From an uncultured Clostridia bacterium (GTDB taxonomy: Bacteria > Bacillota > Clostridia > TANB77 > CAG-508), in the NCBI GenBank assembly GCA_944390285.1, contig CALXPN010000001.1, positions 133,165-197,164 on the forward strand: a stretch of 64,000 nucleotides of DNA, in the 5' to 3' direction. Every line of letters starts with the position of its first letter. Position 1 is the first letter of the stretch. Of the stretch, positions 9,588-18,889 are shown one piece after another. The notes under the pieces were generated by a model. It saw only the letters and a program-made list of their open reading frames with translations, had not been told where the DNA came from and ran no database searches. The translations under genes were made by a program, and so were the position numbers.

Positions 9588-11915
9588 CTAATATTTAATA
9601 AATTTTATTTTTTTCAAAAACTTAATTCTTCTCGATGTTAATATTTTATTATATTTTTCTTCGTCTTTACTTATATTTTCAATCTTCTTGTTTAATCTAT
9701 CTATTTCTTCTCTTAATAATCTAACTGTTTTGTCATATTCTGCTATTCTCTCATTATTATAAGCTTTATCTTCATTTAATTTTTTTAATTTTAAACTTAT
9801 TTTATTTAGTTTAAAAATTTCTTTTAAAAATTCTTTATCTGCCATTTTAAATTCTTCTTTTAGATTATTCTCGTCTATAAATTTTTGATAAATTTTTTTA
9901 TATTCAGATGAATTCTCAGAAACAGATTTTATATTTTTAACATATTTTTGTATATTTTCCAATTTATTATTATATTCTTTTTCATTACTTTTTTCAAGAA
10001 TGTCATTTATTTTTTCTAGTATATCTTCTATTTTAGAATTCTTATCTAAAACCCAACCTAAATCATCTTTTTTTATTCTTTCTCCTAATGCACCATTATC
10101 TAATGAAATCACTGGTATTCCTGCTAAAACTGCTTCTGTAAGTGTATAAGAATAAGTTTCTGGCCAAATAGAAAATAAACATACTAAATCTATATTATTA
10201 TCTTTTAGTAAATCTATAATTTTTTCTTTATCATATAACCCATGAAAATAATAATTATTAGATGATTTATTTAAGTAATCATCTGATGTTCCACCAAACA
10301 AATGAATGTTAAATTTAATTTCATTATTATTTGCTTTTTTTACAGATTCTCTTAAAAAATCTATCCCTTTACTCTTATTTATTCCACCTAAAAATGCAAT
10401 ATTTTTTTTATCTGATTTATTTTCTGATATTTCAAAATTATTATAATCTATTCCATGTTCGATAACTTTTATATCTAAATCTTTGTAATATTTATTAAAT
10501 ATTTCTTTTGTAGAATTAGATGGGGCTATTATTAAATCCATTTTTGAAAGTGTATTATATGCTAAATTTCTCCATTTTTCAATAAGATTTGAATCTATAT
10601 TCATCACTTTTTTTAAGCATTTTTCACAATCACAATTTGGATTATCTACACACGAATTTTCATTATTTTCTAAAAGTACTATTGTAGGACATACCATATA
10701 ATAATCATGTGCTGTAAATATGCAAGTTTTGTGTCTTTTTTTTGAAACATCAATTATATCAAAATAATGATTTTTTAAATGATGTATATGAACAATATCT
10801 ACATTTACAATTTTAAATATTTTTTCTACTATTTTTTTATATTCATTATTATATAAATTTATTTTTTCAAAAGAATTTATTTTTCCCAAACTCACAATAG
10901 CTGTGCTATCTTCAAAAAACGATTCTAATTTGTATTCCTCATCATCATCTTTATAAAAAACATGTATATTAAAATAATTTCTTAAACTATCTATTAAATC
11001 ATATATGTGTCTTGCAGTACCACCTATAAGCTTTCCGTTTCTTCTTGCAAATGCATGTACTACCATTAAAATATTCTTTTTATATTTATTGTTTATATAA
11101 TATTTTATATTATCTTGTATGTATGCAAATGGATTTTCATTTACTAATTTATTTGTATCAGCATAATTTTCAGGATATCTTTCTTCTAATATTTTTAAAT
11201 GTGATTCTATAAACTTTGTTTTTTCTTCTGAAAAAGATTGTGTTCCTTTATGATATATAAAAGTATTATCACACATTAAATTTATGAATCCACTGTTTAT
11301 ACATCTATAAGAAAAGTCATTTTCTTCCCCATATCCTTTTTCAAAAGTTATATCATCAAAAAGTCCTACTTTATCTATAGCTTCTCTTTTTATATACATA
11401 CAGAACCCATGTGCTGTAGATATTTCTGGGTATTCATTAAAACTGCATTCTTCTATTGCTTTAGAATATTCTTCTAATGAAATAAAACTTGGAAGGTTAT
11501 TTTCTTCTAAAAAATTAGGTATAGATGCAAGTGTAGCATTATTTGAAAGAGGTGTCACTGTTGCTACATTTTCTTTTGAATATGCTACATCTCTTAATTT
11601 GTTTATCCAATTTTTGGTTACTTCTGTATCACTATTTAATAAAATAACATCATTTTTTGAAAAAATCATTCCTTTATTTACTGTTTTTACAAATCCACAG
11701 TTTTCTTCATTTTCTAGAACAATGATATTTAAATCTTTATAATTCTCTTTGAAATTTTTTAACATTGGTAATATTTTTTCATCTGGACTTTTATCGTTTA
11801 TTAACACTAAATTATGTTCTTTTAAGTCTGTATTTTCTATAATTGTTTCTATACATTTTTTAGTAAATTCATATGCATTATAAATAGGTACTACAATATC
11901 TACTTTTTTCATAAA
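9588..11915 (-). CDS. bifunctional glycosyltransferase (GT2 + GT4) with C-terminal coiled coil; paralog of 2455-4725
   Basis: Same domain order as the 756-aa protein (VVPIYNAYEF..LINDKSPD..LLNSDTEV; IWPETYSYTLTE). C-terminal heptad region ends RRIKFLKKIKFIKY. Start moved to the ATG at 11913-15 (MKKVDIVVP), which has AAAGGAGA 6 nt upstream. The 21-codon extension in the ORF track lacks an RBS. Confidence 0.85.
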   Translation of the reverse strand, partial: FMKKVDIVVPIYNAYEFTKKCIETIIENTDLKEHNLVLINDKSPDEKILPMLKNFKENYKDLNIIVLENEENCGFVKTVNKGMIFSKNDVILLNSDTEVTKNWINKLRDVAYSKENVATVTPLSNNATLASIPNFLEENNLPSFISLEEYSKAIEECSFNEYPEISTAHGFCMYIKREAIDKVGLFDDITFEKGYGEENDFSYRCINSGFINLMCDNTFIYHKGTQSFSEEKTKFIESHLKILEERYPENYADTNKLVNENPFAYIQDNIKYYINNKYKKNILMVVHAFARRNGKLIGGTARHIYDLIDSLRNYFNIHVFYKDDDEEYKLESFFEDSTAIVSLGKINSFEKINLYNNEYKKIVEKIFKIVNVDIVHIHHLKNHYFDIIDVSKKRHKTCIFTAHDYYMVCPTIVLLENNENSCVDNPNCDCEKCLKKVMNIDSNLIEKWRNLAYNTLSKMDLIIAPSNSTKEIFNKYYKDLDIKVIEHGIDYNNFEISENKSDKKNIAFLGGINKSKGIDFLRESVKKANNNEIKFNIHLFGGTSDDYLNKSSNNYYFHGLYDKEKIIDLLKDNNIDLVCLFSIWPETYSYTLTEAVLAGIPVISLDNGALGERIKKDDLGWVLDKNSKIEDILEKINDILEKSNEKEYNNKLENIQKYVKNIKSVSENSSEYKKIYQKFIDENNLKEEFKMADKEFLKEIFKLNKISLKLKKLNEDKAYNNERIAEYDKTVRLLREEIDRLNKKIENISKDEEKYNKILTSRRIKFLKKIKFIKY

Positions 11916-11982
11916 ATCTCCTTTGCTGTAAAATATATTTATATTAGAAATTATATCATCTAATAAATTTGTATTCAAGAAA

Positions 11983-12780
11983 TTAATTATTTAATCTATA
12001 TATGTCATAAGTTACAGTTTGTTTATACAACTCAAATCCATAATTTTCCATTTTATCTGATAAAACTGTAGCTCTTGAAAAAACAACATAATTAATATTA
12101 TTTTTCTTTGCTAAATCAGTAATATATGGTACATCACCTGCATTTAATTTTTGTACTGGTTTATAATTTAATGGTTCATCTGTATCATATGGACGTGGAT
12201 TTCCATTTTCATCTTTAGGATTCGAAATTATTCTTGTGTAATACAATTCTACATTTGCATATAATTGTCTAATATGTGATGACATCTCATATGGAACTAT
12301 TGCTTTTTTATAAGTTGTTTCATTATCTTCTGATATTATTTTAGCAACTTGAACTGTTTCATCAGGCAATTTATATAAATTATTAACCTTTATTGTTGAA
12401 TATTGGTTAAAAATACATTCACCAAAAATCACTATTAATACTGTAAATACGAATACCATTAACAGTTTTTGAAATATATTTTTATTTTTCTCGATAATCT
12501 TTGTTAAAGCATATGCAATTGAAATTCCTAAAGGTAACATATAATAAATTCTATACATTGAACCCATATTAATAAATTTATTTAAGACCCATATACATAT
12601 TGGATTCCATATTACACCTAATATAATAATTGAATACCATGTAAAAAAATCTCTTATTTTTATATCTTTTTCAAAATAAAAAATTGTTATTATTGATAAT
12701 AAAAAAAACCAAAAAAATATATAATCACCATTATTAAAATATTCAAATAAAGTTTTTATTTCATCTATTAATTTACTCAT
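11983..12780 (-). CDS. hypothetical membrane protein (4 N-terminal TM + ~140-aa extracytoplasmic C-domain)
   Basis: Hydrophobic N-terminal half and polar C-terminal half. Inside the glycopolymer operon. No recognisable motif. Confidence 0.5.
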   Translation of the reverse strand: MSKLIDEIKTLFEYFNNGDYIFFWFFLLSIITIFYFEKDIKIRDFFTWYSIIILGVIWNPICIWVLNKFINMGSMYRIYYMLPLGISIAYALTKIIEKNKNIFQKLLMVFVFTVLIVIFGECIFNQYSTIKVNNLYKLPDETVQVAKIISEDNETTYKKAIVPYEMSSHIRQLYANVELYYTRIISNPKDENGNPRPYDTDEPLNYKPVQKLNAGDVPYITDLAKKNNINYVVFSRATVLSDKMENYGFELYKQTVTYDIYRLNN

Positions 12781-12823
12781 ATTTTAGTCTCTCACTTCTA
12801 AAAAATTCCTTGATTAATTTGTA

Positions 12824-13828
12824 CTACTTTATAATTAAATATATAATTCCTATTAAAATGCAAGGAATTATACAAATTAAAGTTTTAAAAAGATATGATA
12901 TTTCTTTATCTCTTATAGATGACACAATTGCCATTGCTCCAAGTGAAATTGGTATTAATGCATTAGCCATTTCCGTACCTAAACAGCCTGCCAAAACTGT
13001 AAAGAACATTTTTATCCAATCCATTATTTCATTAGATTCTTTATTCATAGCATCAAAACAAATCTTCCATATTAAAGGTAAAATCACCATAGCTAAAATT
13101 GCCCTACCAAACCATGAATATAAAATCATATATCTATTAGCACCTTTTATACTAAACGAAAATAAATTTAAAAAACATATTATTATTAAAAAAATATATA
13201 TTGAATCTTTTTCTTTAAAAATCTTTTTTGCCAAATAATAATATATACCATATAACATACTTATAAATAATATTGGTAATACAGTATGTGTAAGTATTGT
13301 TACATGAGTACATACTAGCTTTGATAAAACAGCATAATAAGCTGATATTGGAGCTAGCGCCCTTCTTGATTCAATAATATTTGTTTCTGCTCCTGTAGTT
13401 GAATGTAAATACATTTTATTGGTCTGTATCATTGTTGTTGATATAGAAACAAAACTTGCGTCATCGTTATTTATATTTGCATACTCAAACTTTATAAATA
13501 ATTGAACAAAAATAAGTATAATTGCAATTACTTGGAATACAGTGATTTTTCTTTTTTTTATGTTTAATTTGAATTTATGTCTGTTTACTAAAATTGAGAT
13601 AAATGTTAGAATTACAATTATTACTGTATATATATATAATAAAGTCATAAAACTCTTTTTTAATAATATAAGCGGGATTGCACAAACAAAGAATATAGCC
13701 ATTTGCAATATATTTCCCATTATCCACGAATATAATAATTCATTCTCATCTTTTTTTACTAAAAATTTTCCAAGTATTATTGGAATAATTATTAGCCAAT
13801 ATAAGCATAATAAACCTTTTATAATCAC
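12824..13828 (-). CDS. hypothetical polytopic membrane protein (8-9 TM)
   Basis: GTG start with GGAG 9 nt upstream, highly hydrophobic. Candidate membrane glycosyltransferase/ligase, unassigned. Confidence 0.5.
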   Translation of the reverse strand: MIIKGLLCLYWLIIIPIILGKFLVKKDENELLYSWIMGNILQMAIFFVCAIPLILLKKSFMTLLYIYTVIIVILTFISILVNRHKFKLNIKKRKITVFQVIAIILIFVQLFIKFEYANINNDDASFVSISTTMIQTNKMYLHSTTGAETNIIESRRALAPISAYYAVLSKLVCTHVTILTHTVLPILFISMLYGIYYYLAKKIFKEKDSIYIFLIIICFLNLFSFSIKGANRYMILYSWFGRAILAMVILPLIWKICFDAMNKESNEIMDWIKMFFTVLAGCLGTEMANALIPISLGAMAIVSSIRDKEISYLFKTLICIIPCILIGIIYLIIK

Positions 13829-13886
13829 TTTCGTTCTCCTATCTTTTTCTTAAAAGAATTATATCATAGCAACGTTTTCATTGCAA

Positions 13887-13929
13887 TAAAAAGCTCTATC
13901 ATGAACAATATTCAAAATAGAGCTTTTTT
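13887..13929 (-). terminator. rho-independent terminator downstream of rmlB
   Basis: 12-bp perfect stem AAAAAGCTCTAT/ATAGAGCTTTTT with a 18-nt loop. On the minus strand it is followed by a TTTTT run immediately after the rmlB stop. Confidence 0.6.
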
Positions 13930-13930
13930 A

Positions 13931-14902
13931 TTATTTCATTAAATATTCTGGATGTGCTAAATACCAGTCTATTGTTTTAACTATTCCATCTTTAAACATT
14001 GTTTTTGGCTCCCATCCAAATTCATTTTTTAATTTTGTAGGATCTATTGCATATCTATAATCATGACCTTTTCTATCTTCTACAAAAGATATTAAGCTTT
14101 CAGGTTTTCCAAGTCTTCCAAGAATCAATTTTACAATCTCTATATTTCTTTTCTCATTATGTCCACCAATGTTATATCTTTCACCTTTTTTACCTTTATG
14201 TAAAACTATATCTACAGCTTCACAATGATCTTCTACATATAGCCAATCTCTAATATTTAATCCTTCACCATATACTGGTAATTTCTCATCTTTAAGAGCT
14301 AAAGATATCATATGTGGTATTAGTTTTTCATGATGTTGATATGGTCCATAATTATTTGAACAATTTGTTACACTTACATTCATTTTAAATGTTTCACTAT
14401 AAGCTAGTGCAATTAAATCTGATGAAGCTTTTGAAGCTGAATATGGACTATTAGGTTTTATAGGAGAACTTTCAGTAAAATATCCTGTTTCTCCTAAAGT
14501 TCCATATACTTCATCTGTTGAAATATGTACAAATTTATTTGGGCTACCTTCTCCCCAAAATTGTTTTGCAGCTTCTAATAATGTATGTGTACCTATTACA
14601 TTTGTATGTGTAAATATAAAAGGATTTTTTATACTATTATCTACATGTGATTCTGCTGCAAAATGAACTATAGCATCTATATTATATTTTTTATATGTTT
14701 CCATCACAAAGTCAAAATCGCATATATCACCTTGTACAAATGTTATTTTATCTTTTATATTATCTAAATTATGAATATTTCCTGCATAAGTTAATTTATC
14801 AAATACAATAATATTATATTTTCCTTCATATTTTTTTACCATTAATTCAGCAAAATTTGCTCCTATAAATCCTGCAGCACCTGTGATCAATATATTTTTC
14901 AT
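13931..14902 (-). CDS. rmlB: dTDP-glucose 4,6-dehydratase
   Basis: GAAGFIGANF Rossmann, YSASKASSD (YxxxK), TDEVYG, 323 aa. Confidence 0.9.
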   Translation of the reverse strand: MKNILITGAAGFIGANFAELMVKKYEGKYNIIVFDKLTYAGNIHNLDNIKDKITFVQGDICDFDFVMETYKKYNIDAIVHFAAESHVDNSIKNPFIFTHTNVIGTHTLLEAAKQFWGEGSPNKFVHISTDEVYGTLGETGYFTESSPIKPNSPYSASKASSDLIALAYSETFKMNVSVTNCSNNYGPYQHHEKLIPHMISLALKDEKLPVYGEGLNIRDWLYVEDHCEAVDIVLHKGKKGERYNIGGHNEKRNIEIVKLILGRLGKPESLISFVEDRKGHDYRYAIDPTKLKNEFGWEPKTMFKDGIVKTIDWYLAHPEYLMK

Positions 14903-14925
14903 TTTAACATTCCTCTCTTATACTT

Positions 14926-15510
14926 TTATTTTAAATTTTGAAATAAATCTGTATTTTTTAATTCTGCCAAGCTTGGCCATTTACCGTCTTTTTCAGAAGT
15001 TATATATTCTTCTTTTTTCATTCCAGGAACTTCTGGCCATACAATTCCTATATCTGGATCATCCCATTTTAGTCCACCTTCAGCTGAGTGATTATAAACA
15101 TCATCACATTTATAAACAAATTCTGCTTCATCTGATAAAACTAGAAATCCATGTGCAAATCCTCTTGGTATCATAAACATTTTTTTATTTTCTTCTGAAA
15201 GTATAACTCCTTCCCATTTTCCATAAGTTTGGCTACCTGGTCTTAAATCTACAGCTACGTCAAAAACTTCACCTTTTATACATCTTACAAGTTTTCCTTG
15301 AGTATTTTCTTTTTGAAAATGTAATCCTCTTAAAACACCTTTTTTAGATTTTGATTGATTATCTTGAACAAATTCATTTGTTATACCTATTTCCTCAAAA
15401 TCTGCTTTGCTATATGTTTCCATAAAATATCCTCTGTTATCTCCAAATACTGTTGGTTCAATCACATAAACACCTTTTATAGATGTATCAATTCTTGTAA
15501 ATTTTCCCAT
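14926..15510 (-). CDS. rmlC: dTDP-4-dehydrorhamnose 3,5-epimerase
   Basis: DNRGYFMETY and RGLHFQ motifs. Start placed at the ATG at 15508-10 (MGKFTRID), AAAGGAAG 7 nt upstream. The longer listed form starts at a TTG inside the RBS. Confidence 0.9.
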   Translation of the reverse strand: MGKFTRIDTSIKGVYVIEPTVFGDNRGYFMETYSKADFEEIGITNEFVQDNQSKSKKGVLRGLHFQKENTQGKLVRCIKGEVFDVAVDLRPGSQTYGKWEGVILSEENKKMFMIPRGFAHGFLVLSDEAEFVYKCDDVYNHSAEGGLKWDDPDIGIVWPEVPGMKKEEYITSEKDGKWPSLAELKNTDLFQNLK

Positions 15511-15664
15511 TTGTTTTCTTCCTTTCAAAATAAAATTCTTTAATATTTATATCAAATATATCTATTTTTTTCAAGTTTTTATAATTATAAATTATAATTT
15601 TCAACAAAAATGTGGACGATAGGATATGTGCAATAATTTTGCAAAAATCGTCCACGTTTATTAT

Positions 15665-16599
15665 TTATTTAAAACTTATATTAGTAATATTATTAAATAA
15701 ATCACTTTCATAAATTTCTTTATAATCTTTATAATTTTGATTTGCAACTTTTTCTAGATATTTTCCATATTCTGTTTTTTTATATTTTTTTGCTTCTTTT
15801 AAAAGATCTTCCTTTGAGATCCATTCATTTTTATAAGCAATTTCCTCCAAACAAGCTATTTGTGTACCTTGTCTTAATTCTATTGCTTTTACATAATCTG
15901 AAGCATCAGATAATCTATCAGCAGAACCTGTATCAAACCATGCATATCCACTACCTAAAGGTATAACCTGTAGAGTTCCATTTTCCATATATCTTTTATT
16001 TACATCTGTTATTTCTAATTCGCCTCTCTCAGATGGTTTTATTGATTTTGCTATTTTTACAACATCATTATCATAAAAATATATTCCTGGTACTGCAAAA
16101 TGTGATTTTGGATTTTTTGGTTTTTCTTCTATAGATAAAGCTTTCCCTGTTTTATCTATCTCTACAACACCATATGATGTTGGATCTGCAACTTGGTATC
16201 CAAATATAATTCCACCTTTTTTTAGATTACTTGCAGCTTTTAACACTCTTTCAACTCTGGAACCATATATCATATTGTCACCTAGAATTAATGCTACATT
16301 ATCATCACCAATAAATTCCTCTCCTAAAATGAAAGCATCTGCAAGTCCAACTGGTTTTTCTTGGATTTTGTATTCAAATTTCATTCCAAATCTAGAACCA
16401 TCCCCTAATAAGCTTTCAAAAGCTGGCAAATGAACTGGTGTAGAAATAATCAACACCTCTCTAATTCCTGCCATCATTAGAGTTGATAATGGATAATAAA
16501 TCATTGGTTTGTCATATACTGGTAACATTTGTTTTGATACTGCTAAAGTTATTGGATATAGTCTTGTAGCACTACCACCTGCTAATATAATACCTTTCA
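15665..16599 (-). CDS. rmlA: glucose-1-phosphate thymidylyltransferase
   Basis: GIILAGGSATRLYPIT nucleotidyltransferase motif. Start at the ATG at 16597-99 (MKGIILAGG), AAGGAGGA 10 nt upstream. Confidence 0.9.
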
Positions 16600-16663
16600 T
16601 TATATAAAATTCCTCCTTAATTTTTCTTAAATTTATTATATATTTTAAACAATTAAATAACAC

Positions 16664-17524
16664 TTATTTTAATTCTTCTTTTAAGTATTCTTTCAAGGCA
16701 TCTTCCCATTTAGAAGGTATGATTCCAATATTCTTTAGTTTTTCTTTTGATAATTGACTATTTTTTGGTCTATCACTTGATTGTGGATACATTTGTTTAT
16801 ATTCTTCTGAAGTTATTGCTTTTACTTTAGTTTTTATATTTGCAATTTCAAATATTTTTTTAGTAAACTTACACCAAGTTGTAAATCCTTCATTTGTTGA
16901 ATGATAGATTCCATATTCAGGCTCTTTTTCCATAATTTGTTCTATTATTTTACAAAGAGTTGTTGTAGAAGTAGGACTACCATGTTGATCATCTACAACT
17001 GAAATTTCATCATGTTCTTTTGATAATCTAAGCATTGTTTTTACAAAATTTTTACCTCTTAATCCATATAACCAAGCCGTTCTTAATATATAGTATTTTT
17101 CTGCTTTTTTAGCATTTTCTTCACCAACTAATTTAGTTCTTCCATAAGCACTAACTGGATTTGGTTCCATAGCTTCTGTATAAATTTTATCGACTGGCAT
17201 ATCTCCTGCAAATACATAATCTGTACTAATATGAATTAATATTGCATTTTCCTGTTTAGCAGCCTCTGAAATATTGGCTACTGCTGTACCATTTACAGAT
17301 AATGCTATTTCTTCTTTTACTTCACATGCATCAACATTTGTAAAAGCAGCACAATTTATAATAAAATATGGTTTTATTTCTTTAGCTTTTTTAAGAACTG
17401 CTTCTTTATCACATATATCTAAAGTTTCAATTGTTGTTCCAACAACTTCATATTTTTTTTCTAGTCTTTCTTTTAATTCTCCTCCAAGCATTCCATCTGC
17501 TCCAATTAAAAATACTTTTTTCAT
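16664..17524 (-). CDS. rmlD: dTDP-4-dehydrorhamnose reductase
   Basis: 286 aa, N-terminal GADGMLG Rossmann, YGRTK (YxxxK), immediately upstream of rmlA. Confidence 0.9.
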   Translation of the reverse strand: MKKVFLIGADGMLGGELKERLEKKYEVVGTTIETLDICDKEAVLKKAKEIKPYFIINCAAFTNVDACEVKEEIALSVNGTAVANISEAAKQENAILIHISTDYVFAGDMPVDKIYTEAMEPNPVSAYGRTKLVGEENAKKAEKYYILRTAWLYGLRGKNFVKTMLRLSKEHDEISVVDDQHGSPTSTTTLCKIIEQIMEKEPEYGIYHSTNEGFTTWCKFTKKIFEIANIKTKVKAITSEEYKQMYPQSSDRPKNSQLSKEKLKNIGIIPSKWEDALKEYLKEELK

Positions 17525-17585
17525 TTTTCTTTATTTTATTAGCACTCAGCTAATATCCTTTCTTCCATATTTTTTCTACGTTACA

Positions 17586-17613
17586 ATTATACCACAGAGT
17601 ATGTAGTTGTCAA
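17586..17613 (-). promoter_or_regulatory. sigma-A type promoter for rmlD-rmlA-rmlC-rmlB (TTGACA-16-TGnTATAAT)
   Basis: Minus-strand sequence TTGACAactacatactctgTGgTATAAT ~60 nt upstream of the rmlD ATG. Confidence 0.55.
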
Positions 17614-17657
17614 AGGTTTTTACACACTTTCCACATTTTACACAAAACTTTCACAAT

Positions 17658-18869
17658 TTATACTATAAAATTGACTGGAATTCCTCCAATTAGCGTAAAA
17701 ATAGTTAAAAAGAATAAAAAAACTTTTAAGTATTTTTTGTCTGTAAAATTTAAAAATAAAAAAGCAAATAAACTAATTTCACATGCAAAAATATACAAAT
17801 ATTTTTTTTCTGCAAAACTTGATGGTAGTCCTATAAAAATTACAACACAAGCCATAACTATGGTTATCCTCATAGCTTGTTTTATATTAAACAATTCTTC
17901 ATCAATATTTCCAAAAAAATAAAACATTACTAAAAGATTTGCAATTTGTAATCCAGCTAATGCCCTAAGTGGCAATACTTGTGAAAGCATTGTTACTTTT
18001 GAAATTATTTCTGGAAATCCACTCATACAATATACGCTTCCAAATACCATAACAATTACCATTGGCAACAAAAATTCTATATGATTTTCTTTTTTATATA
18101 AATAATATAAACTAATAATCATTGGTAATGGGAAAACTGTAATTACACTTCCTAAAAGTTCTCTTCCTTCAAAATTGTAAAATGGTAGTAAAAAATTATA
18201 TAAATATGAAAACATTGGTGAAATACCAGAATCTGTAATTTTTAAATATTCATTATTATTGTTATCAAAAAACTTAACTACTATAAATCCACAGATTATA
18301 CTAAAAACAATTGTTATAATTCCAAGTCCAATATTAAATTTATTTTTTATAAGATTATCTTTGTTTTTTAAAATTAGCCATACAATTAATGCTAAAAATA
18401 TATATCCAAAAGAAATAGCATATGGTCTAAATGTAAATACATATATACTAGATAATAAAATTATTGATATACTAATTAAAATTTTTTGATTTTTTTTATC
18501 ATATTCAAAAAATTTTTGAATTAAAATAGTTATAATAATTCCAATTATAAGTGAATCTATATTATTAAAATTCCATTGTACAATTCCAGAAAAACTTAAA
18601 ACAATTGCTCCTATTAATGATATTCCTTTTTTATAATTTGTAATTAATAAAAAAAGTTCATAACTTGAAAGTAGTAATGCAAATAATTTTAAATTCCACC
18701 ACAAACAAAAAGTAACATCTGTTTTTACTATCCATTCATAAAATTTCAAATCACTCATAAAAAATCCTATAATAGTTAATATAACTATTGAAACTATAGA
18801 AATTTTAAATCTATTTTCTATTATTTTTTCATATAAGTTTACTTTATTATTCATTTTTGTTTTCAACAA
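17658..18869 (-). CDS. hypothetical polytopic membrane protein (>=10 TM)
   Basis: 403 aa, almost entirely hydrophobic helices, located between glmU and rmlD. Possible GT-C-like or ligase role, unassigned. Confidence 0.5.
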   Translation of the reverse strand: MLKTKMNNKVNLYEKIIENRFKISIVSIVILTIIGFFMSDLKFYEWIVKTDVTFCLWWNLKLFALLLSSYELFLLITNYKKGISLIGAIVLSFSGIVQWNFNNIDSLIIGIIITILIQKFFEYDKKNQKILISISIILLSSIYVFTFRPYAISFGYIFLALIVWLILKNKDNLIKNKFNIGLGIITIVFSIICGFIVVKFFDNNNNEYLKITDSGISPMFSYLYNFLLPFYNFEGRELLGSVITVFPLPMIISLYYLYKKENHIEFLLPMVIVMVFGSVYCMSGFPEIISKVTMLSQVLPLRALAGLQIANLLVMFYFFGNIDEELFNIKQAMRITIVMACVVIFIGLPSSFAEKKYLYIFACEISLFAFLFLNFTDKKYLKVFLFFLTIFTLIGGIPVNFIV

Positions 18870-18889
18870 TTTATATTGTTTTTTCTCCT

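Noticed and set aside
11916-11978. 21-codon N-terminal extension of the 796-aa glycosyltransferase and similar upstream extensions on rmlA, rmlC, glmU, cmk
   Set aside because: Internal ATGs preceded by strong GGAGG-type RBSs align with the conserved N-termini of the protein families; the extensions lack RBSs.
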